Positions 1 through 9,568 of a DNA stretch of 64,000 nucleotides are shown here, in pieces. Source of the stretch: Candidatus Calditenuaceae archaeon (GTDB taxonomy: Archaea > Thermoproteota > Nitrososphaeria_A > Caldarchaeales > Calditenuaceae); NCBI GenBank assembly GCA_025058055.1, contig JANXEU010000007.1:379-64378 (forward strand), written 5' to 3'. The position numbers and the translations under genes are program-made. Position 1 is the first letter of the stretch. Every line of letters starts with the position of its first letter. The notes under the pieces were generated by a model, which saw nothing but the letters and a program-made list of their open reading frames with translations, did no database searches and had not been told where the DNA came from.

Positions 1-1149
1 GTCATCCATTCCCCTCTCGTCGAGCCTTATGTGCATCTCGAGGTGCGGCGATGTTCCAGGTACTGTCCTGACTACGTTCTCCACGGCCGTCTGATAGACA
101 TTCACTCCCCTGATCTTCACGACGTAGTCCGTTCTGCCGAGAACGGTGCCTTTGAAGAATGTCCAGGTCCTGCCGCACTCGCAGGGTTCCGAGTGGTGCC
201 ACTCAACCACGTCCTTGGTCCTGTACTTTATGACGGGTTGTGCCAGTTGAGAGAAGCTGGTGACCACGTTCTCTCCGCGCTCTCCCTCTGCGACCACCTC
301 TCCACTCTCTGGATCCATAACGATGCAGTGGTAGTTCGATTCGTTGAGATGTGTGCCGTCCTGTTTGGGACACGCGGGTGCGATGGCACCTACTTCCGCA
401 ACGCCGTACAGTTCGTACGCCTTGACACCGAACGACGACTCTATCTCATCCCTGAGCTTCGGTAGGGCAGTAGGTCCGGGCTCTCCGGCACCGTAGAAGT
501 ATTTCAAGCCGAGGCTCTTTGGATCCACCCCCATCTTTCTCGCGGTCTCAGCGAGATACAACGCGTAAGTCGGCGTCGCAACCAGCACCGTGGGCCTGAG
601 CGACTGCATCTGCCTGATCCTGTCCTCCGTCCCGACACCACCACCCGAGATCACCCTGCCTCCAAGTCTCCTCACTCCCCAGTAACTGGACCAGAACCCG
701 GTGTACATCCCCCACCCGAATGCGAAGTAAAACGAGTCGGACGGCCTGATTCCTACTGCCCAAAAACCGTACGCCCAATCCTCACCGTATTTTATTGTGT
801 CGTAATGAGTAAACGGGATCCTCAGAGGGGTGCCGGTAGTTCCTGAAGTCTGGAAGACGTGCAGAACCTCCGAGGGGTCACAAGCCAGTGCCTCACCGAA
901 CGGAGGGGAGACCGACTGTGCAGCCGTGATCTCCTCTTTCGTTGTGACCGGCACTCGCTTCACGAAGTCCTCCATGGTCTTGACGTCGTCCACCTTGAGC
1001 CCAGCCTTGCGGAACTTCTCGTGGTAGAACCTTGAGTTCTCATATGCGTATTTCAATAACTGTTTAATTCGACGGAGCTGGACCTCTTCCAACCGCTTGC
1101 GAGGCATGCACTCCCAATACGAGCTCCAGAAACGATCGTCACTTCTCAT
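1..1149 (-). CDS. Phenylacetate-CoA ligase family protein (PaaK-like), 3' end outside the window
   Basis: Not in the ORF track; translated by hand from ATG at 1149: MRSDDRFWSSYWECMPRKRLEEVQLRRIKQLLKYAYENSRFY..., FQTSGTTGTP, AGEPG, YELYGVAE, IKYRTKD, CECGRT, GRTDYVVKIRGVNVY. The frame stays open to the window edge. Confidence 0.85.
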   Translation of the reverse strand, partial: MRSDDRFWSSYWECMPRKRLEEVQLRRIKQLLKYAYENSRFYHEKFRKAGLKVDDVKTMEDFVKRVPVTTKEEITAAQSVSPPFGEALACDPSEVLHVFQTSGTTGTPLRIPFTHYDTIKYGEDWAYGFWAVGIRPSDSFYFAFGWGMYTGFWSSYWGVRRLGGRVISGGGVGTEDRIRQMQSLRPTVLVATPTYALYLAETARKMGVDPKSLGLKYFYGAGEPGPTALPKLRDEIESSFGVKAYELYGVAEVGAIAPACPKQDGTHLNESNYHCIVMDPESGEVVAEGERGENVVTSFSQLAQPVIKYRTKDVVEWHHSEPCECGRTWTFFKGTVLGRTDYVVKIRGVNVYQTAVENVVRTVPGTSPHLEMHIRLDERGMDD

Positions 1150-1273
1150 AGTTCACATGAGCAGATCGCGTTTATTAATAAGCATACATATTCAATAACC
1201 GTTTACCTTGTGTGACCTCTGGATGGAAAGGTAGATTACTTAGACTGCATTTAAAACAACGAGGTGCCCTATT

Positions 1274-2734
1274 TTGGGGTTAAGGACCGGCCAGGATTAC
1301 CTTAAGAGCTTAAATGACGGTAGGGAGTTGTATATAGGAAACGAACTCGTGAAGGACCCTGCAACTCATCCTACCCTTCGTTATACTGCTCAGAGCGTGG
1401 CCAGATGTTACGATCTGCAGCTAGCGCGCGCTGACGAGGTGACTTTCGTTGAGAACGGAGAGAGGTTCAGTAACATCTGGCTACCGGTAAGGACTAAGGC
1501 AGACTTCGAGAGGGTGAGAAAAGGAGTAACCCTTTGGCACCGCACGACAGCCGGAATCTTCGGCAGGCTACACGATTACCTCACCATCTGGGTCACTACC
1601 CTTTACATGTTACATGACGTTCTCTCAAAACCCGATCCGAAGTTCGGTAAGAACATGATAGAATATTATTATTACGCGAGATCGAAAGACTTGGCACTTA
1701 CTCACGCGATCAGCATGCCTCAGATTGACAGATCACCTGGTGCTGGACGTAAACAGAACGAAGACCTTCACATCGTTGAGGTAAATGACAGAGGCGTCGT
1801 AATAGAGGGGTGCAGGACGGTCAGTACTTACGCACCCTTTGCGAATGAGTTCATCACTCTGCCTCAGCTACCTGCGAACCCGGACGAAGACCCCGATTAC
1901 GTGATAGGTTTCGCACTGCCGATGAACGCGAAGAACCTAGTATTCCTGTGCAGAGAGACCTACTCGTCTCCTGAAGCACCGTGGGATCACCCCTTGTCTA
2001 CGCTCTACGACGACCTAGACGCTCAAGCAGTCTTTGACAGGGTGTTAATACCTTGGGAGAGGATCTTCATCTATCGAGATCCCAAAATTAACTTTGAGAT
2101 CTATGACCCAATAATGGCTTACGCGACTTGGCAGGCGACTGTCAGGGCGATAGTCAAACTGGAGTTCATAATTGGTCTCGCGGCGAAGTGGGCAGAGATG
2201 TTGGGTATCGACGCCTATCCTAACGTGCAGGAGAGGATCGGATGGCTGATAGAATGGCGAAACGTCTTGAGCGCGGCGGTCGAAGGAGTAGAGCTGACTG
2301 CGCGACCCCACAACGGGTTCCTGATACCTGAGGTCTGGAAGACATGGCCGCTTGTCATGGTGCACGGTACCTACATCTACCCGATGGCGGTGGAGACATT
2401 GAGAGTGCTTACAGGAAGCGGCGTTATCATGAACCCACCGATGTCAGTTTTCAAGGATGAGAAGCTGCGCAAGTATGCTCACAAGTATTTCAGAGCGAAG
2501 GGAGCGTCGGCCTTCGACAGGCTACTCGTCTCGAAGTTCGTGCACGACATTACAGTGGGTTCGCTTGGTGGGAGGCTTCTCCAGTACGAGAGGTACTTCG
2601 CTGCAGATCCGTTCAGGGTCGCGATTGTTCACTACAGGTTCTCCGACAAAAGCCAGTTCAAGCAGCTCGTTGACGACCAGGCCGCATTCATCAAGTCGCT
2701 TATGAAAGAAGCTGGAATAAGCGAGGAAGGATGA
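1274..2734 (+). CDS. hpaB: 4-hydroxyphenylacetate 3-monooxygenase-family oxygenase component (two-component flavin monooxygenase)
   Basis: RTGQDYLKSLNDGR N-terminus; GRLHDY (Arg/Tyr) and THAISMPQ (His) match HpaB substrate-binding motifs; HPLSTLYDD..VFDRVLIPWERIF; GGRLLQYERY; reductase gene 4 nt downstream. Substrate is uncertain. Confidence 0.85.
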   Translation: MGLRTGQDYLKSLNDGRELYIGNELVKDPATHPTLRYTAQSVARCYDLQLARADEVTFVENGERFSNIWLPVRTKADFERVRKGVTLWHRTTAGIFGRLHDYLTIWVTTLYMLHDVLSKPDPKFGKNMIEYYYYARSKDLALTHAISMPQIDRSPGAGRKQNEDLHIVEVNDRGVVIEGCRTVSTYAPFANEFITLPQLPANPDEDPDYVIGFALPMNAKNLVFLCRETYSSPEAPWDHPLSTLYDDLDAQAVFDRVLIPWERIFIYRDPKINFEIYDPIMAYATWQATVRAIVKLEFIIGLAAKWAEMLGIDAYPNVQERIGWLIEWRNVLSAAVEGVELTARPHNGFLIPEVWKTWPLVMVHGTYIYPMAVETLRVLTGSGVIMNPPMSVFKDEKLRKYAHKYFRAKGASAFDRLLVSKFVHDITVGSLGGRLLQYERYFAADPFRVAIVHYRFSDKSQFKQLVDDQAAFIKSLMKEAGISEEG

Positions 2735-2738
2735 AGGA

Positions 2739-3263
2739 TTGTCGCAAACGACGGTCGCCGAAACTATTAAGGGGTTCATGAGATCTTATCCTCAGGGAGT
2801 GAGCGTTTCCACCACTACTCATAACTCCAAGCCCTGGGGGTTAACGGTAAGCTCGTTCACGTCGATATCACTGGACCCGCCGTTGGTGATGATCTCGATA
2901 GCCAAAGGTTCAAAGAGCCACGAAGTTTTCACGAAGTCCGATAACTTCGCAATAAATATGCTCGCTACGGGACAGGAGAGTATAGCGGAGATATTCGCAG
3001 GCAAAGTGCCTCCGGAGAGGAGGTTTGAACACGTGAGATACAGGTATGGCAAGTCCGGTGCTCCAATTCTCACGGATTGTAGTGCCTACCTAGACTGTAA
3101 AAATTACCGGACATACGACGGTGGTGATCACAGCATCATCCTGGGAGAAGTTATAGACGGTGCCGTGTCAGGACCGTTCTCGCCACTCGTCTACTTCAAC
3201 AGGAGGTACACTACAGTAGCCATCACGTATCTGGAAACAGTCTTTGCACCCGATCCATGGTGA
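2739..3263 (+). CDS. hpaC: Flavin reductase, HpaC/DIM6/NTAB family
   Basis: GLTVSSFTSISLDPPLV and GGDH..ILGEV motifs; directly follows hpaB. Confidence 0.9.
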   Translation: MSQTTVAETIKGFMRSYPQGVSVSTTTHNSKPWGLTVSSFTSISLDPPLVMISIAKGSKSHEVFTKSDNFAINMLATGQESIAEIFAGKVPPERRFEHVRYRYGKSGAPILTDCSAYLDCKNYRTYDGGDHSIILGEVIDGAVSGPFSPLVYFNRRYTTVAITYLETVFAPDPW

Positions 3264-3322
3264 CGTGATTTTTTATCAGGGTTGATTTAATAGATACGAG
3301 CAATGTAGGTTAGGGTATAGAC

Positions 3323-5437
3323 ATGAGCATGCAGAGTTTCTTCAACCCAAAGAGTGTTGCTATAATCGGCGCCTCACGCGACCCTAATAGACCGGGTAAC
3401 ACCATCCTCAAGAACTTGAAGTCAATGGGATACCGGGGTAGAGTGTTTCCGGTTAATCCGAATCTCACGGAGATTGACGGCCTCCAGTGCTATCCCGACG
3501 TCCTGAGCATAGATGAGGACGTGGAGAACGTTGTGATTTTAGTCTCCGCGGACCGGGCCGTGAGGGTAGCCGAGGAGATAGCTGAGAGGCGCAAGAGACG
3601 TAATGACGTTAAGGCAGTGATTTGCATATCTGGGGGATTCAGCGAGCTCAACACGTCCGAGGGCAGGGAAAGGGAGAGGAGGCTTGTAGAGACCCTTAAG
3701 GGATCTGGTGTGAGACTGATGGGACCCAACTGCGTAGGAGTAATTGACTGCTACAGCAGATTCACCACGAACTTCGATTTGGGTGACTATCCGACCGGCG
3801 GAATATCGCTAGTCTCTCAGAGTGGTGCTTTAGCGACTGCTTTCCTCTTCTGGGCACGACCCTTTAACAGAATTGGTCTCAGTAAGCTTGTCTCGATAGG
3901 GAACATGGCTGACGTGGACATGGTCGAGTGTATCGAGTACTTGGGTAATGATCCAACCACCGACGTGATAGGGGTTTACTTGGAGGGATACCGTGATCCG
4001 CGGAAGCTCTTTGAGACGATGAGGAACGTCTCGAGTGAGAAGCCAATAGTGCTGCTGAAGGCAGGTAGGTCTGAAATCGGGAGCAGTGCGGCACTTAGTC
4101 ACACGGCCTCATTAACGGGCTTGGACGCCCTCTACGACGCCGCCTCGAAGCAGTGTGGAGTCATCAGAGTCAAAGACGTGCTGGAATGGTATGAGACCCT
4201 CCACGCTATAGGGAAGCAACCGATTCCACAAGGCAACAGGGTGGCTGTGCTGACACATATCGGAGGCCCCGGAACGCTTACCGTCGATAGAATAGGGATT
4301 GGCCGAGTGCTCAGAATGGCAGCGATATCGGATCGCGGAAAGTCTGCCATAAGATCGATGGTTGCCCCAACAGCCACAGTATGCAGTCCGGATGGGTACA
4401 TCGACTTGACCGCCTCACATACAGAAGAGCTTCACTACAAAGTACTGAAGGTCTTGTTCGAGGAAGAGGGAGTAGACTCGGTCATTCAAGTGGTGGGACA
4501 CAGCATGTTTCTCTCTCAGACCCTCATGGCTGACAGGATCAGCACTGCCTTCGAAGAGGTGGGGAGAGCTAACAGGAAGACGTTTCTGAACGTCGTAGCC
4601 TTTGACGAGTCACTTCCGGAATTCAAGTTAGGACTGGAAAACAGGGGGTTGCCTGAGTTTCCGACACCCGAGATCGCCGTCACGGTCTTAGAGTACATGT
4701 ATTGGTACGCCAATAAGAGAAAGAGATTGGCATCGGCACCGAGACTTACTCCTTTGCCCCCTGCGCGATCAGAACCACCCGTCCTTGGAAGAGAGGTACT
4801 CCTAGAGAGCGAGGCCTATCCCATCCTGAAGAGATACGGTATCTCTGTGGCGGATTACAGGATTGAGACGAACTACGATGAACTCGAGGACGCGGCCGAG
4901 GAGATCGGATTTCCTGTAGTATTGAAGGCCCAGCACCAAAGGTTGATTCATAAAACAGATGCCGGAGCGGTGGCGCTGAACATCAGCGATGCGAGTGAGT
5001 TACGCGAGCGGTTTCATGAGGTCACAGAGAACGTGATCAGGCACATAGGTGAACCCCCATCGTCTTATTTGGTACAGAAGATGATAAAACCGGGTGCCGA
5101 GGTCATAGTCGGTGCTGTGCATGACGACTCCTTCGGACCTGTTATAAGCTTCGGCAGCGGAGGTGTGTTGGTTGAGCTCCTCAAGGACGTGAGCTCGAGA
5201 TTGATCCCTCTAAGTGAAGACGAGGCTGCGGAGATGATTCAAGAGACCTTCGCTTCAAGGTTGTTATCGGGGTTCAGAGGTGAGGAACCGAAGGACATCA
5301 ACGCCTTGGTAGAACTCTTGTTGAAGGTGAGCGAAATGATGCTTAAGGAGGGTTGGATTAAGGAGCTCGATCTCAACCCGGTCAAACCATTGAGAAAGGG
5401 ATACGCGGTGGTCGATGCGAGGATCGTGCTACGCTGA
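3323..5437 (+). CDS. Acyl-CoA synthetase (NDP-forming), fused alpha/beta
   Basis: FFNPKSVAIIGAS, GPNCVG, SQSGAL, phospho-His motif ALSHTASL, C-terminal ATP-grasp (HKTDAGAV, ELDLNP, VDARI). Confidence 0.92.
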   Translation: MSMQSFFNPKSVAIIGASRDPNRPGNTILKNLKSMGYRGRVFPVNPNLTEIDGLQCYPDVLSIDEDVENVVILVSADRAVRVAEEIAERRKRRNDVKAVICISGGFSELNTSEGRERERRLVETLKGSGVRLMGPNCVGVIDCYSRFTTNFDLGDYPTGGISLVSQSGALATAFLFWARPFNRIGLSKLVSIGNMADVDMVECIEYLGNDPTTDVIGVYLEGYRDPRKLFETMRNVSSEKPIVLLKAGRSEIGSSAALSHTASLTGLDALYDAASKQCGVIRVKDVLEWYETLHAIGKQPIPQGNRVAVLTHIGGPGTLTVDRIGIGRVLRMAAISDRGKSAIRSMVAPTATVCSPDGYIDLTASHTEELHYKVLKVLFEEEGVDSVIQVVGHSMFLSQTLMADRISTAFEEVGRANRKTFLNVVAFDESLPEFKLGLENRGLPEFPTPEIAVTVLEYMYWYANKRKRLASAPRLTPLPPARSEPPVLGREVLLESEAYPILKRYGISVADYRIETNYDELEDAAEEIGFPVVLKAQHQRLIHKTDAGAVALNISDASELRERFHEVTENVIRHIGEPPSSYLVQKMIKPGAEVIVGAVHDDSFGPVISFGSGGVLVELLKDVSSRLIPLSEDEAAEMIQETFASRLLSGFRGEEPKDINALVELLLKVSEMMLKEGWIKELDLNPVKPLRKGYAVVDARIVLR

Positions 5438-7057
5438 GACCGCGTGCGGAGGTTGTTCCCTGAGCTTGAACCTCTGAATCTTTCCCGTTGGAGTCTTCGG
5501 CAGGTCGCTTGTGAAGATCACCCACGCAGGTACCTTGTAGCCAACACCTAACCTCATCATGACGTGACGCTTTATCTCCTCTGCGAGTTCGTCGCTGGCT
5601 GAATATCCGGCCTTTAAGACTACGTGTGCCTTGGGTCTGCCTAATCCGTCAGGAGTGTATGCTTGAACAACCGCACATTCAACTACCGCGTGATGTGAGA
5701 GGATGGCCGACTCAACCTCAACCGGCGAGACCCATACTCCACCAGACTTGATGAGGTCGTCTGCTCGCCCCATGTGAACGAAATATCCCTCCTCGTCGGC
5801 CACGTATAGGTCACCGGTGTAGAACCATTCGCCGAGGAAGTGCTCTCTGGTCTTCTCGTATCGCCTCCAGTACATCGCTGCGACGCTTCCACCCTTGACG
5901 AGCATCCTTCCAGGCTCGCCGTAATTGACCTCTTTCATCTGCTCATCGACAAGCTTAACCTCATATCCTGGAACAACGACTCCTGATGTCCCAGGCCTTA
6001 TTTTATCAGGTCTATTCGATACGAAGATATGGCACATCTCTGTCGTCCCGATTCCATCCAAGATGTCCTTCCCAAATGTCTGTTTCCACTTGTGATAAAT
6101 CGGCGCGGGAAGAGCCTCGCCGGCGCTTACGCAGTACCTGACGCTGTCGAGATTGAAGCTCGTAGCACCTCTGGAATCGACGTGAGCCAAGGCTCTACTG
6201 TAAAAGACGGGAACGGAGAAGAAGAGCGTCACACGGAACCTTTCGATCGATTTGAGTACGAACTCTGGATCAGGTGGACCCGACATGAGAACCGTTGAAG
6301 CCCCGAAGTATAGTGGCGCCCAGACCGAGTTTCCTAAGCCGTACGCGAAGAAGATCTTGCTAGTCGAGAAGTTGACATCGTTACGGCTCTCCTTCAGGAC
6401 GTGTCTGTAATAGGACTCGCATGAGTAGAGCGGATCGTGTTGGTAATGAATGACACCCTTCGGCGGCCCCGTAGTCCCAGAACTGTACTGCCAGTAACAG
6501 AAGTCGTCCTTGTGGAGCCTCTCTGGTTGCAGGTTTCCGCTCGCGTTCTTGATGAGTTCCTCGTAACTCAACGCCTTACCGATTCCCGACCCACCCACCG
6601 CTATTACCTTCCTGAGACGTCCGAGCCTGTCTGTTGCGTCTCGCACTTTCTCGAGTAGGTTGGCGTGAACTACCAAAGCCTTAGCGCGGCAGTCTCCTAA
6701 GACGAACTCGTAGAACTGTTTAGACTCAAGCGTCGATAAGAGGACCGGCTGAGCTCCCACCCTTATCGCGCCCAGCAGCACCTCGACGTACTCAATCGAG
6801 TCCGGCAGTATTATCGCGACCCTGTCCTCCATCTCAACTCCAATGTCAAGCAGTACGTTCCCGGCCCTGTTGATCCGCTCGTGCAGTTGAGCGTAAGTTA
6901 CGGACCTCCCGCTCTCGGCCTGTATATACGCAAGACGATCTCCAAGCCCCGATGTCACGTGCCTGTCCACGAGGTACTCGGTCAGGTTGAAGCTTTCTGG
7001 GACTTGAAAGTCCACCGGCTCACCGGTCAAATGTACCATCTTATCTCTCACTCGCAT
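5429..7057 (-). CDS. Benzoate-CoA ligase family aryl-CoA ligase
   Basis: WQYSSGTTGPPKG, FFAYGLGN, SAGEALP, DGIGTTEMCHIF, LPKTPTGKIQRFKLR are typical of the BadA/BclA family. Confidence 0.88.
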   Translation of the reverse strand: MRVRDKMVHLTGEPVDFQVPESFNLTEYLVDRHVTSGLGDRLAYIQAESGRSVTYAQLHERINRAGNVLLDIGVEMEDRVAIILPDSIEYVEVLLGAIRVGAQPVLLSTLESKQFYEFVLGDCRAKALVVHANLLEKVRDATDRLGRLRKVIAVGGSGIGKALSYEELIKNASGNLQPERLHKDDFCYWQYSSGTTGPPKGVIHYQHDPLYSCESYYRHVLKESRNDVNFSTSKIFFAYGLGNSVWAPLYFGASTVLMSGPPDPEFVLKSIERFRVTLFFSVPVFYSRALAHVDSRGATSFNLDSVRYCVSAGEALPAPIYHKWKQTFGKDILDGIGTTEMCHIFVSNRPDKIRPGTSGVVVPGYEVKLVDEQMKEVNYGEPGRMLVKGGSVAAMYWRRYEKTREHFLGEWFYTGDLYVADEEGYFVHMGRADDLIKSGGVWVSPVEVESAILSHHAVVECAVVQAYTPDGLGRPKAHVVLKAGYSASDELAEEIKRHVMMRLGVGYKVPAWVIFTSDLPKTPTGKIQRFKLREQPPHAVSA

Positions 7058-7282
7058 ATGCTGAATATATCCGTATTTCGCAAGTTTCGTCGAGCCACGA
7101 GGCTCCCAAGGCTACCGCTCGGTCATCAAGCGACAAGTAGATATACGATCGGCTGTAATAATGGAAGGACTAATGACGAGGTTTGGTCTGGTATTGCCGA
7201 ACATAAATTTTGAAGAGGAGGGCCGGTTCTTTGATCTCGGGTCACTCGCGTTCTATCACCCCTACAGAATTGAGGTGCGTTT

Positions 7283-9535
7283 GTGATGGTCACTCGTTAT
7301 GTAGGTAAGCCGATACTGCCCGAGGAGTCTATCGCATACGTCATGGGAAAGGGTATGTATGTAGACGACGTAAGGTCGAACGCGCCTCTTCACCTCGCAG
7401 TCCTCCGAAGCCCTTATCCTAACGCGATAATCAAGAAAATAGACTGTTCTGATGCGGTTTTGAAATCTAAACTAGTGCTTCTACCGAGGGACAACCAGAC
7501 GTTAATGAAGTCGGCAGCGATGCCCGCGAACTTCGATCACAAGGGCCGCTCTAATTTGGTGAGGCTACCTGCACTTCCTTCAGACCTTCGGGTAAGGTTC
7601 GAGGGGCAACCTGTTGCAGCTGTGGTAGCAGAGTCGCGTTATGAAGCCCATGATTTATTGGACTCAATATCAGTGGAATACGAACAACTACCACCAGTTA
7701 AGACGATTGATGAAGCCCTGAGAGGAGACGTTCTAGTGCACGAGGAAACGCAGTCGAACATATCTGTTGAAGTGATCTACTCCGGAGGAGAAATCGATAC
7801 GGCGTTCTCAGAGGCAAACCTAGTGATTGAGGACAGTCTGGAAATTCACAAGACGATGCCGAACCCAATAGAGACGCGTGGGATCCTCGCCGAGCTAGTC
7901 GGTGACAAGCTGAAAGTATGGAGCACAAACCAAGGGCTCTTCAGAATCAGAGACCAACTTACGGACACCTTAGGCCTTCCGAAGGAAAGTCTCATCGTTG
8001 AACACGTGGATGTAGGAGGAGCGTTCGGCGTCAAGTCGTTCCTCTACCCAGAACAAGTACTCGTTTGCTACGCGGCCCTCATTCTAAAGAGACCGGTGAA
8101 ATGGATAGAAACCAGAAGTGAGCACCTGAGGTGTACCACTCACTCCAGAGATGTGAGGGCGAACCTCTCACTAGCAGTAAAGAGGGACGGAAAAATATTG
8201 GGAATAAGAGGCACCGTGATCGCGGACATAGGAGCCTATAACATCTTCGTCAACCCTAATTACGCGCCATTCATCGCGCAACAGCTCACCGGTCCCTATG
8301 ACATCAGTGCGGGTGAGGTGAGGGCAATCTCGGTTTTCACCAACAAGACACCGCTAGGGCCGTACAGAGGGGCCGGCAGACCTGAGGCCGCTTACTTCTA
8401 CGAACGCATGGTTGACTTGGTGGCCGAGGAACTCGGACTCGACCCGGTGGAGGTGAGGAAGAGGAATCTCGTGCCGCGGGAGAAAATGCCTTACAGGAAC
8501 CCCTTCGGCCTAACTCTGGACGTCGAGGACTACAACGCCATACTCAACAAGGCCATCAAGGAGTTCAGATACGAGGAGTTGAAGAGGTCTGTCTCCGAAG
8601 CGAAGGCCAAGGGCGAACTGGTCGGTATAGGAGTCGTCAACTACATCGAATTGAACAGAGCATCCTTCGGTGAGTCTGCTAAGGTCATCTTGCGCTCGGA
8701 CGGTAAGCTTCAGCTGATGTTCGGTTCCTCACCTCACGGCCAATATCATCAAACGGTGTTCAGACAGCTGGCAGCCGATGAGTTGAGGGTCGGTTTAAAC
8801 GAGGTGGTTTGGATTAAACCCTCGAGCGATCTCCTGCCACAGGGCGTCGGTACTTTCGGAAGCAGGAGCGCTGTCATTGGTGGAGAGGCGGTCATCAGGG
8901 CCACACGCAAGCTAAAGCAGATCGTGCTTGAGAGGGCTTCCGAGATGTCGGGGGTTAACCTCGAGTCGCTGGACCTCGAGGACGGTTGGGTCATCAAAAG
9001 GGACGACGGCGAGAGGTTGATGCGAATGAGCGAGCTAATCAAGTCAGAAGAGATTGAGGTCTTCGAGTTCGTCAAGGGCGAAGACATCTTCTCTTACGGC
9101 GTTCACATGGCGGTCGTTGAACTGGACAAAGAGACTTACACCATCAAACGGATAAAGTACTTTGCGATTGACGACGCTGGAAGGGTAATCAATCCACTGA
9201 TAGCAGAGGCACAGGTCACGGGCGGCATCGCGCAGGGGCTTTCGCAAGTGCTCTATGAGAGCGTCGCATACAACGACGAGGGTCTCCTTTCTGTGGGAAG
9301 CATCCTCGAGGCCGGCGTACCTGCCGCTGCTGACCTTCCGATCGATCTAACCTCTGAGCTCCACGAATACCCGTCACACTACAGTCACGGAGTGCGAGGT
9401 ATAGGTGAGGCCGGCACGATCGGAGCTCTGCCCTGTATAGTCGCTGCGCTCGAGGACGCTCTCAACAGACGCCTAAGTTCGACTCGCGGCCTTGCACACG
9501 TGCTCTGGTCGTTAGTCAGCGGCCCACATGAATAA
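7283..9535 (+). CDS. Xanthine dehydrogenase-family molybdopterin-binding subunit (CutA/form II CoxL-like aldehyde oxidoreductase)
   Basis: VGGAFGVK, PYRGAGRPEA, GTFGSRS, GIGEAG (catalytic Glu). Confidence 0.88.
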   Translation: MMVTRYVGKPILPEESIAYVMGKGMYVDDVRSNAPLHLAVLRSPYPNAIIKKIDCSDAVLKSKLVLLPRDNQTLMKSAAMPANFDHKGRSNLVRLPALPSDLRVRFEGQPVAAVVAESRYEAHDLLDSISVEYEQLPPVKTIDEALRGDVLVHEETQSNISVEVIYSGGEIDTAFSEANLVIEDSLEIHKTMPNPIETRGILAELVGDKLKVWSTNQGLFRIRDQLTDTLGLPKESLIVEHVDVGGAFGVKSFLYPEQVLVCYAALILKRPVKWIETRSEHLRCTTHSRDVRANLSLAVKRDGKILGIRGTVIADIGAYNIFVNPNYAPFIAQQLTGPYDISAGEVRAISVFTNKTPLGPYRGAGRPEAAYFYERMVDLVAEELGLDPVEVRKRNLVPREKMPYRNPFGLTLDVEDYNAILNKAIKEFRYEELKRSVSEAKAKGELVGIGVVNYIELNRASFGESAKVILRSDGKLQLMFGSSPHGQYHQTVFRQLAADELRVGLNEVVWIKPSSDLLPQGVGTFGSRSAVIGGEAVIRATRKLKQIVLERASEMSGVNLESLDLEDGWVIKRDDGERLMRMSELIKSEEIEVFEFVKGEDIFSYGVHMAVVELDKETYTIKRIKYFAIDDAGRVINPLIAEAQVTGGIAQGLSQVLYESVAYNDEGLLSVGSILEAGVPAAADLPIDLTSELHEYPSHYSHGVRGIGEAGTIGALPCIVAALEDALNRRLSSTRGLAHVLWSLVSGPHE

Positions 9536-9568
9536 CTACTTATTGAGCGGATAGAACTCTGAGACATA

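Noticed and set aside
31-1027. Track ORFs 31..465, 548..778 and 830..1027, and the many similar short overlapping ORFs across the window
   Set aside because: They are shadow frames of well-supported genes (here the PaaK-like ligase) with no motifs of their own.
1274-2734. 4-hydroxybutyryl-CoA dehydratase (carbon fixation)
   Set aside because: It lacks the Fe-S Cys ligands, has the HpaB Arg/Tyr/His residues, and is paired with a flavin reductase.
7283-9535. Aerobic CO dehydrogenase (form I CoxL)
   Set aside because: The active-site loop is PYRGAGR, not AYxCSFR; no coxMS or coxDEF genes.
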